A model generated the notes under the pieces. The model had not been told where the DNA came from. It made no database searches and saw nothing but the letters and a program-made list of their open reading frames with translations. 64,000 nt of DNA from sequence record PQ287644.1; one strand, given 5' to 3'. Shown piece after piece: positions 56,207 through 64,000 of this stretch (positions are counted from its first letter, which is position 1; every line of letters begins with the position of its first letter). Position numbers and translations under genes: made by a program.

Positions 56207-58375
56207 TCAGGCCGCAGTAGTGGCCAGATCCTGTTGGTTGTAAGCGTAGAGATCGAATTCCATCATGTACTTGGCTTTGTTAAACCAAGCGTGGAGAATC
56301 ACACGCAGTTTCGCACGGGATCCGAGCGTTCCAGTTTCGTAGAACGTTTCTGCGACGATGTTGGAGACTTCACCCCCTACTGCGTTACGGCACGCGCTCT
56401 CGATCTCGTCTTTCATGATGGAGGCGTAGTTATCTGCGGTGATGGTACGGTCACCACAAACGATGCGCCATTGATCCGCGGAGATCTTCTCCATCGCCAC
56501 GCACAGGAACGGGTTAGCCAGGTCCTTGAGGACCGAGTCGGGGTTCGGGTGGATGGTGGGGAGACCCGGACGGTACGTTTGAACGTTCCAGTCCCAAGGC
56601 TTCAGGGAGATATGGCCGTTGCTGAAGTTCTCAGCCGCCACTTCATCTTCTTCGAAGACGATGTTGGGGGAGTGCATCAGACGGAGTTTACGGTTATCCG
56701 CATGATCCGGTGCGTTCGGAGTGACGATCAAACCGTCGATGTTACCTGCCCATAGCGCAAAGGCATAGGCCAGGTCGATGTTACCCGAGAAGTACCAGCC
56801 GGTCGGTTCATCGGTGACTTTCGCTTCGATGAGGTTCACAGCTGCACGGCAGGCTGGGGTACCCCACTTCTCAGACTCGACCGTCATGCGCAGTCGATTG
56901 GTGATCATTGCAGCCCGAGAATAGATTTCTTCGAGACTGTTCTTCTCACCCGGTCTCCAGACACAGGCGTCTGCTACAACCAGAATGTCCTTACGGGCAC
57001 CCAGGAACTGTTCGGCGATATCTTTTACTTCTTGGGAATAACCAATATCCCAGAAGATCGATTGACGGTTACGGGTGGTGTCTTTCATTTCCACACCATT
57101 CACGTAACTGGTCAGATCCGCCACCATCAGTTTGTTGGTGATTTCCCACGCCTGAAGGTGAGTGAGAGGACGCTCGGTGTTAGCCAGCAGACCAAAGGGA
57201 TCGTTGACTGTCGGCTTGGTAACGTAATCAGGTACCTTACCGTCCTTATCCAGGAACGGCGAAATACCGCCCGAGGATTTAATAGCGCCGCTCAGGTCCC
57301 ACTTGATAACACCCGAGGTGGTGATGGCGTAGTAAGGCGCGCCGTTGTGGTTGGTGCAGGTGAACGGGTTCATCTGCTTGTAGTACTCACCGGGAACACC
57401 GACTTCTACCAGGGTATCGTTTTCCGGCTGTTCCACCACATACATCATCTGACACAGGGTGTCGATGTTGTCCTGGTAAACGACCAGGTCGTTGAACGGA
57501 GCCGGAACCGGGTTACCCGGGGCGTTCTTGTTACGACCAGTAAAGGAGCCGAAACCCGTTTGCAGGCTGTACTGAACGCCGTTGAGGGACACCGGGAACA
57601 GGGTGAACTTGGCACTTTCCTGTTGGAGGGTGGTTTTCGAATACACACGAGTCCCATCGACTCCATCGGTGAACTGACGGAGGTCGTAAGGGAAAGTCCC
57701 CGTGGACCGAACGAATTCGGAAATGGAACGCCAATTCAGCGCGTCCGCACGGACACCCAGGTTAAGGCCCGACTTGTTGTATTCGTCACCGACACCGGCC
57801 ACCCCTTCGAACAGGGGGAGTACCAGGGTTTCAGGGGTATCACCACTGGCGGCGATGATGCGGACTTCGAGCGCGCCGGGTTCTTTACCCGCTGCGGCAT
57901 CATCGATTTTGATTTCGATGTTCAGACCGTTCGGGTAGGTTTTACCCGGGATCGGAATACGCTCGCCGTTTTCGTTATACTTCCAACGGCCGTTGGCATC
58001 CCGTTCGTAGGCTTGAACTTCCACTTTCTGAACAAACGCAGAGAGCGAGGCTTTCGAGACCACTTCGTTGACCGAGAGGCGGCGAATGCCGATGGTGTTC
58101 TGGCGACCCAGGGCGAGCGCCTGGATCAGGACCGACGTTGGGCCGTAGTAGGGCGACTTCTCGTCGAAAATGTCACCAAAGATCTTTTTGACGTCTTGGG
58201 GGGCTACCCATTGGGTGCCTGCTTTAGACGCCAGTTTTCCTTTGGGGAAGATACCGTGGATAACAGGAAGGTGGAGCGGGGTGGTTGGCGGGGACGTGTC
58301 ATATTCTGGAATAGAGTTGTCCCGAATCCCACTAATGTCCACCTTTCCAGGGACGATTCTGTTGAAAACAGTCAT
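56207..58375 (-). CDS. Contractile tail sheath protein (722 aa from ATG 58375)
   Basis: SD GAGG; MTVFNRIVPG...PLHLP..H.I..KG N-terminus; IFWDIGYS...WGTPACRA C-terminal sheath motifs. Confidence 0.85.
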   Translation of the reverse strand: MTVFNRIVPGKVDISGIRDNSIPEYDTSPPTTPLHLPVIHGIFPKGKLASKAGTQWVAPQDVKKIFGDIFDEKSPYYGPTSVLIQALALGRQNTIGIRRLSVNEVVSKASLSAFVQKVEVQAYERDANGRWKYNENGERIPIPGKTYPNGLNIEIKIDDAAAGKEPGALEVRIIAASGDTPETLVLPLFEGVAGVGDEYNKSGLNLGVRADALNWRSISEFVRSTGTFPYDLRQFTDGVDGTRVYSKTTLQQESAKFTLFPVSLNGVQYSLQTGFGSFTGRNKNAPGNPVPAPFNDLVVYQDNIDTLCQMMYVVEQPENDTLVEVGVPGEYYKQMNPFTCTNHNGAPYYAITTSGVIKWDLSGAIKSSGGISPFLDKDGKVPDYVTKPTVNDPFGLLANTERPLTHLQAWEITNKLMVADLTSYVNGVEMKDTTRNRQSIFWDIGYSQEVKDIAEQFLGARKDILVVADACVWRPGEKNSLEEIYSRAAMITNRLRMTVESEKWGTPACRAAVNLIEAKVTDEPTGWYFSGNIDLAYAFALWAGNIDGLIVTPNAPDHADNRKLRLMHSPNIVFEEDEVAAENFSNGHISLKPWDWNVQTYRPGLPTIHPNPDSVLKDLANPFLCVAMEKISADQWRIVCGDRTITADNYASIMKDEIESACRNAVGGEVSNIVAETFYETGTLGSRAKLRVILHAWFNKAKYMMEFDLYAYNQQDLATTAA

Positions 58376-58484
58376 GGCAACCTCGTGGGGGAAAAGTTTG
58401 AAGCAATCGTATGAACCCATTTTCAGGGCCGTACAGTGTAATAAGGCACTGTCACATAACATGTTATTTTAAGGAATATCTACC

Positions 58485-59363
58485 ATGCTGATCAATGCCT
58501 ATGACACCACGGTCGGTAAAGTGATCCGGGCGTCTCACCACGTGGACGAAGTCATTAAAACCCTTCATCTGACCAATAATCTGTCTCCCACTAAGAAAGA
58601 CAAGGTGTACGTTATTACGCACGCCACCAGCGTTCCATTTTCAACCATCGCCTTTCCGATTACCTTGCAGACCCATACCCGCCAAACCATTACGGTGTAT
58701 GACGAACGTCCGTACCGGGATAAACAGAACCGAGTCACGAACCAGAATGATCTGACCATCATGCGACTGGCGGCGTTTCTACAACAGGATGTTGCCGAGT
58801 TGAACTTCGGTCCGGTTAAGCTGAGTCGCAATATGGTAACCAAAGCCTTTAGTGACGCGCTAACCCAACGGTTAACGACGCGGGGTGGTTTGGATATCGT
58901 AGAGTCTTCGACCCTGAAGGTGTTGATTGGGTATTATGTGGTTAGTCTTCAAGAGAACCCGAACAATGACCTGGTCTTTGTGGTTGAGAATGTCCTGCGT
59001 AATGTGTACGGGATGGAGAAAGACTTTGTATTGGGGGTCATTGCTGATCTCCCTCATCTGAGTAAGCTGGAAGACCTCCTCAGTGAGATTCGTAAGAATC
59101 CTGTGTTGTATAAACTCAAAGGGATGGGTCTTAAGGACTTCATTGCTGTGGTGGGTGGATTGGTTTTCACGGGGCTGGGGAAACAAGTCTTTGAAGCTGC
59201 GTCTGAAGCACCTTGCTTGTTGACAGCCTTTGTCTATGGAGCAGCACGTTTCAGGGCGCTGAATAAAACACCACTGGGAATGGCTTTGGACCCTAAGTAC
59301 AACAAAGGGATCCTGGATACCTTCCTTAAGAACATCGATTACACGTATGATCTCAACGGGTAA
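58485..59363 (+). CDS. Conserved virion protein (phiKZ gp28 position)
   Basis: MLINAYDTTVGK start; divergent from the sheath gene. Confidence 0.7.
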   Translation: MLINAYDTTVGKVIRASHHVDEVIKTLHLTNNLSPTKKDKVYVITHATSVPFSTIAFPITLQTHTRQTITVYDERPYRDKQNRVTNQNDLTIMRLAAFLQQDVAELNFGPVKLSRNMVTKAFSDALTQRLTTRGGLDIVESSTLKVLIGYYVVSLQENPNNDLVFVVENVLRNVYGMEKDFVLGVIADLPHLSKLEDLLSEIRKNPVLYKLKGMGLKDFIAVVGGLVFTGLGKQVFEAASEAPCLLTAFVYGAARFRALNKTPLGMALDPKYNKGILDTFLKNIDYTYDLNG

Positions 59364-59368
59364 CAGTT

Positions 59369-61981
59369 ATGACCATGAAAGGGTTTGATACGGATAACCC
59401 ATTGCTGGCCTACGCGACAGACCACCTGTGGGGTAACCCGGAAGAGAATAACCAGTACCAGGTGCGTACAGTACGGCTCAGTGACTACTACGGAGATGTG
59501 GACAACTTCTCCTTTATGGGCAAATGGCGGAGTTTGCCTAAGCGGGATACGTTTTATTACGTCTTTTCTGTAGGGGGGTTGGATGCGGGCTATTGGAACT
59601 TCCATACCAACTTACTGAAACGGAATCCCTTAGACCGGTGGATGAACCTGGCCGAGCTGTGTAAACGCCGGGGTGTTCAGCTGGATATCTACAACACCAA
59701 AGGGTACCAGTACAGCCGGAATAAAGCTTGGGTCATGATGACGTACGATAAGCTCACGTTTATCGCCCTGGAGAAGTATAACACCTACCCCATGCCAACG
59801 GGTCAGGAGATGTTCTTTCGATGCTACACCGCTTCCAGTGAGGTGGCGAAGAATGAACAAACCGCGAATGCTGCCAGTAACCCGTACGTCTATGAGACCA
59901 TGGTGTACGAGAGTCAGGCTGAACTGGCGGTCTTTAATAACCGGTACTTAGCCTGTAAAGGCAAACCTGGGTTTACCGGGGTAACAGTGAATGGGGTCTA
60001 TTGGCACGGTAATCCAGGGTCGATTCCTAATTTGGTCCTAGGGGACGTAGTGGAGTTCTTCCATGACCCCACTGTGATCCGTACGGAGCTGTACGCGTAC
60101 AACACCCTGCAAGACTTCTATTCCACCTTGGATAAGAAACGGAAACTGATCCTGCATCCTCCTAAACGCCCAGGGGACTTTACCCTTCGGTATTTTGATG
60201 ACAATGATTACTACTTGTTGGGGAAAGGGTCGACGGGTCTGTATTTCCACCGGAATGCGGTGAGTACGATTCGTCAATTGACCCATGTGGATGTTGCCAT
60301 TGCGGATGACCAGATCCAAGCCGCCAGTAATTACCACAAGGACCTCAGTGAGGTGAAGGATATTCGTATCCTGGTATTGGTTCGTAAAACGGATTGGGAA
60401 TACCCTTGGCCGCATGATAATCAACGGATCCGCTACCTGTACCGGATGACTGATGAAAACATCCTTAAAGCCATGACAGGTGATCGAGCAACGGTGCCGG
60501 AGTGGACCGCTCCTAATCTGGAAGCTGGGGTGGTGATGAGTTTTACCCGGAGTCAAATGAAAGCGTTGACCGTAGAGGGTGCTCGTAAAGCGGTGGGGTA
60601 CAATGCGGCAACTCGGGTCCTCAGTGAAACCCCCCTTAAAGCGGTATACGAGGCGGGTGGTCGAGGGGTTGAGATCCCCATCAGTTACCGAGTCAGTTGT
60701 ACCGCTTGGGAACATGATGAGAACGGGTGCCTGTTGGAATACCACAATGTCAACAATATTCGGTACTACGCACCTCGGAATCCGAAGTGTCAACTCGTTG
60801 AGTTCACCTGTGGTCAATACGGACGAACGTTGGACTATGTGGTAACCAATACTGATCTACCCTTAGACCCCTTTGATGGGTTCAGGGTGTATACCAGTCA
60901 TTTCAATGTGGATCGAGGGGAAATCACCGGTGCGTTAACGGATGTCACTGGGGATAAGAAGATCTACGAGGTGGTTAATGAGGTCTTAGTCTGGAAAGGA
61001 TTGGATCCCGTTAACCAACGTGGGGTGGTAGTCTTCAATACCCGGACCTTGGCCTATGGGTTTGAACTGGATCACATTGATCACAGCTTGAGCTTTGCCA
61101 TTACCCACATCTATGAACCGGGTGGATTGGCAGTCCCTTTGATTCCTGCTCAAATCGATATTTGGATGAACGGTCATCCATTGATTGATAATGTCGATTG
61201 GATCTTTGACAACGGGTACTGCTACATCATCAATAAACAGTTCATTCGACCGGGTGCTCAACAGTTTGTGGTGCGTTGCCATGACCTGTGGGAGGATAAG
61301 GAACGTCCTAAGGTAGAAACCGAACTCGGGTTTGTGGACGGTGGGGTGATCGGACGGTTTAAACGGTATAACCTGAGGGAAGACCGGGTGACGCGTACCG
61401 TCATTGGAGGTCGTTTGGTGGTGACGGACGACGTACCTACGGCCGAGCTGTCTTCTCCAGATAACCTCTGGAATCACCTCAATGGGTTACCGTACATGGT
61501 CAAACATGTCTTCCAACCCATTAAGTATGTCGTACCCTATGACAACTTCCCAGGGTATAAAGAGAGTCGGGAGATTGATCAACGGGTGAGTGATTACTTA
61601 ACGGAATACTGTCCTAAGCCGTTGGTGGATCCGGTGATACCGACCCTTCAGGATAAGTACCGGTTGTTCAGCCCCTTCCTGAATGTGGTGGTGAATGCGA
61701 TTAAGAACCGGTTGTTGGTGGTTCCGAATCGGGTAGACGGTGAAGAGACGTACAGCCCTCAGTTCATTGAGGAACAGGTCAGTTCGTACAAGTGGTGGTT
61801 AAAGTACGACCCGGTGATCCGGGAATACGACCTCCGCTATTTTGCCGTTATGCCCTACGCGAATGATGAACTGCTCTCGGTAACACCTAACCAGTTTGTC
61901 TTCATTAAGCAAGTGAACGACCTTTACTTGAAGTCTGTCTGTGTCATTGAAGGCCACTTTGAAGTAAGTAACAGTGACTAA
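59369..61981 (+). CDS. Baseplate/virion structural protein (phiKZ gp27 position)
   Basis: 870 aa; synteny. Confidence 0.7.
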   Translation: MTMKGFDTDNPLLAYATDHLWGNPEENNQYQVRTVRLSDYYGDVDNFSFMGKWRSLPKRDTFYYVFSVGGLDAGYWNFHTNLLKRNPLDRWMNLAELCKRRGVQLDIYNTKGYQYSRNKAWVMMTYDKLTFIALEKYNTYPMPTGQEMFFRCYTASSEVAKNEQTANAASNPYVYETMVYESQAELAVFNNRYLACKGKPGFTGVTVNGVYWHGNPGSIPNLVLGDVVEFFHDPTVIRTELYAYNTLQDFYSTLDKKRKLILHPPKRPGDFTLRYFDDNDYYLLGKGSTGLYFHRNAVSTIRQLTHVDVAIADDQIQAASNYHKDLSEVKDIRILVLVRKTDWEYPWPHDNQRIRYLYRMTDENILKAMTGDRATVPEWTAPNLEAGVVMSFTRSQMKALTVEGARKAVGYNAATRVLSETPLKAVYEAGGRGVEIPISYRVSCTAWEHDENGCLLEYHNVNNIRYYAPRNPKCQLVEFTCGQYGRTLDYVVTNTDLPLDPFDGFRVYTSHFNVDRGEITGALTDVTGDKKIYEVVNEVLVWKGLDPVNQRGVVVFNTRTLAYGFELDHIDHSLSFAITHIYEPGGLAVPLIPAQIDIWMNGHPLIDNVDWIFDNGYCYIINKQFIRPGAQQFVVRCHDLWEDKERPKVETELGFVDGGVIGRFKRYNLREDRVTRTVIGGRLVVTDDVPTAELSSPDNLWNHLNGLPYMVKHVFQPIKYVVPYDNFPGYKESREIDQRVSDYLTEYCPKPLVDPVIPTLQDKYRLFSPFLNVVVNAIKNRLLVVPNRVDGEETYSPQFIEEQVSSYKWWLKYDPVIREYDLRYFAVMPYANDELLSVTPNQFVFIKQVNDLYLKSVCVIEGHFEVSNSD

Positions 61982-61992
61982 AGGGGATATTC

Positions 61993-63717
61993 ATGTTTGA
62001 CAACAAACCCAGCACGAGTGCTGAGCGAGCGGTAGCGGGTACTGATTTGGCTCCTGAGAATGACGGCCAACGGTACAGGATCCATTACCTGCCTGACATC
62101 TATGATCCGGACAAGCATCCGCCGGAGGACATTGTTAAGTACGTGGTTCCCCGGGAACGGGAATTGGTGATCGATGTACCCAATAAACAGTTCCTGGAGG
62201 TGATTCATGTGGATTACCAGGGGAAGACCTTGAAGTCTACCTTGGTCCCGTGGGAACCGCGGACCAGTGAGGACGGTACCACGACCGAACAAGACTGGAT
62301 CTTCGGTCTACGAGGAGGTCCTCTGTTGGGTGAAGCCTTGCTGAGTGTGGACTACAGCCAACGACCTAACGTAGCGCGTGTTGACAGCACCATTATGCGA
62401 CCCGGGGCAGCGTACGCTAAACTCTACCTCGGTAACGACGCCAGTGATAACGGTCGGATCATCAGTGCTCAGTACGACAAGTCGGCGAATATGATCAGCA
62501 ACAAGGTACCTACCAAGTTGGCTGAGATCGTAGACCGTACAAACCTGGAGATTATGACCACCGGTCCTTTCAGCGTCACAGAGAACGAGGAGGCCCTGAA
62601 AGACGGTACGCGCTGTACGTTGGTGTTCTATGACGAGGGGGGTAACTTCATTCCCCCGGTTCAACCTGTAATGGTCCAACATTGCGCATACATGCGGGAT
62701 CACCAGATTGGTACCAAGTATGTCACGGAGATTGAGCTGCTCACGCCGTGGTTTACCAATACCGTCAATGCGGAGAAGATTATCATTCCGGTGAACGTAT
62801 TGGTAACGGCTATTGAGTTCAGGGCGGTGATTCATTACTCGGATGGCAGTACCAGTGCGCCCATGCCGGTGAACGGTGAACGGTTCAACCTGTATGGGTT
62901 GAATGAATGGCGTCCTACCTGGCCGGGTCAAGAGGGTGAGATCGTTCTGACCCTTAAACTGGCAGCGAATGAACAGCATTACATTGCCAAACCCGGGAGT
63001 CCCGATCACATCAGTCGAACCTATTCGGTAGAAGCCGGTCCTGTTAAAGGCGCGTACTCGCCGAAGATCTACACCTTCCCGCAATGGGATCCGAGTATTT
63101 CGGGGTATCGACTCCAACATTGGCTGTTGGATCTGGATCGGAAAACGGCCATTGATGTGACCGCTCAAGTGAAGTTCAATGAGAAGAGTGAAGTCTGGCG
63201 GCCTTCTGCCTACGGGGTTGCTCAATCGTTGATCTTTAACTTGAACCTGAGGGATGTATCGAGTCAGTACGAGAGTGTGATCTTCCGGCAGTACACCACC
63301 ATTGTGTTGTATAAAGACATCAATGGGCCGGGTAAACGCTTTGACGTGTCCTTCTCGCAGAATAAACCGTCGTACGAAGCGAAGTTCATTGTCGCTAAGA
63401 ACGCCGGAGCTGCTACCACGGTCAATGTGGCCAACGGGTACGGTAATCAAACGGATTGGCTGAAAGCGTTGTATTGGGGGGTCGAACCTAGCTTCAATCG
63501 GTTCGATGAAGAGAAAGCTCCTTTACCCACACATTTCTACCTGGTTCATGAAGACGGGCGTTCCTGGCGGTATCCGATCTCGGATTGGAATAAGAACAAC
63601 GCCATCAACATTGAACTTCAGAAGGGCAAGACCTGGTTCCTTCGTTGGGTGGAACGCCAAACGTCTGGTGATGAGAAGCAACTGGCCGTTACCGGTGTAA
63701 CGGTTGAATTTCCTTAA
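61993..63717 (+). CDS. Baseplate/virion structural protein (phiKZ gp26 position)
   Basis: 574 aa; synteny. Confidence 0.7.
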   Translation: MFDNKPSTSAERAVAGTDLAPENDGQRYRIHYLPDIYDPDKHPPEDIVKYVVPRERELVIDVPNKQFLEVIHVDYQGKTLKSTLVPWEPRTSEDGTTTEQDWIFGLRGGPLLGEALLSVDYSQRPNVARVDSTIMRPGAAYAKLYLGNDASDNGRIISAQYDKSANMISNKVPTKLAEIVDRTNLEIMTTGPFSVTENEEALKDGTRCTLVFYDEGGNFIPPVQPVMVQHCAYMRDHQIGTKYVTEIELLTPWFTNTVNAEKIIIPVNVLVTAIEFRAVIHYSDGSTSAPMPVNGERFNLYGLNEWRPTWPGQEGEIVLTLKLAANEQHYIAKPGSPDHISRTYSVEAGPVKGAYSPKIYTFPQWDPSISGYRLQHWLLDLDRKTAIDVTAQVKFNEKSEVWRPSAYGVAQSLIFNLNLRDVSSQYESVIFRQYTTIVLYKDINGPGKRFDVSFSQNKPSYEAKFIVAKNAGAATTVNVANGYGNQTDWLKALYWGVEPSFNRFDEEKAPLPTHFYLVHEDGRSWRYPISDWNKNNAINIELQKGKTWFLRWVERQTSGDEKQLAVTGVTVEFP

Positions 63718-63729
63718 GGAGGAAACAAA

Positions 63730-63915
63730 ATGACCAGTACGGTTAACGTAACCGCTCATTGCGCCGAAGATAAGGAGGTGGTGGTTCGGGTCCAGACGCC
63801 TGAAGATATCTCGCAAGAGGTTATTCTTCAGAACGGCGAGAAGACGGAAGTGGTGGTGTTCGGCGCTAAGCACGTCATCATTCACGAACGGACTCGGTTG
63901 GAACCCGAGGGTTAA
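63730..63915 (+). CDS. Small hypothetical protein (61 aa)
   Basis: Strong SD AAGGAGG. Confidence 0.7.
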   Translation: MTSTVNVTAHCAEDKEVVVRVQTPEDISQEVILQNGEKTEVVVFGAKHVIIHERTRLEPEG

Positions 63916-63939
63916 CAGCGGTTGATCCTATAGTTAAAG

Positions 63940-63968
63940 AGTAACCCTGGGCATCGCCCAGGGTTACT
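63940..63968 (+). terminator. Terminator hairpin
   Basis: 13-bp stem AGTAACCCTGGGC/GCCCAGGGTTACT. Confidence 0.65.
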
Positions 63969-64000
63969 TGATTGTTATAGGGTTTTCGTGGAGTTGATGT

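Noticed and set aside
58456-58467. 12-bp palindrome ATAACATGTTAT between the divergent sheath and gp28-like genes
   Set aside because: It is a single AT-rich occurrence, plausibly just late-promoter sequence; there is not enough support for an operator.
1-64000. CRISPR array, tRNA or rRNA genes, IS elements
   Set aside because: No regularly spaced direct repeats, cloverleaf with T-loop, rRNA signature or transposase was seen by eye; tRNAscan and CRISPR finders were not run.

Overview
This is a 64 kb segment of a phiKZ-related jumbo phage genome, very close to Pseudomonas phage EL. The basis is that the endolysin at 42644-43521 matches EL188 as I recall it (confirm by BLAST), and the gene order follows the phiKZ pattern. 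From left to right it contains: tail fibre and SGNH-esterase tail genes; an early accessory island including an AmrZ-like regulator; a processed head protein; an intein-containing SNF2 helicase; virion proteins; an RNase H-like gene; UvsX/RecA; virion RNA polymerase subunits; a free-standing HNH endonuclease; a baseplate protein; a 2543-aa tail protein carrying GH19 and M15-like domains; endolysin; prohead protease; a second early region (NUDIX-like, QueC-like, Tmk, secreted proteins); tail tube and sheath; and baseplate genes. The ORF track hides two group I introns. One splits the beta' catalytic DxD|GD motif and carries an HNH gene; the other is ORF-less and splits the beta HDD|VKRA motif. 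Both HNH genes share an upstream cassette, CTCCTATT-R-TATG...AGGAG-N8-ATG, in which a hairpin buries the Shine-Dalgarno and a candidate late promoter lies between the two arms. A bipartite early promoter (TTAAC-N14-AGGTCTATATTAC-like) recurs 4-5 times. Four single-G deletions in G runs break three essential genes and are most likely sequencing errors. No tRNA, rRNA or CRISPR array was seen.
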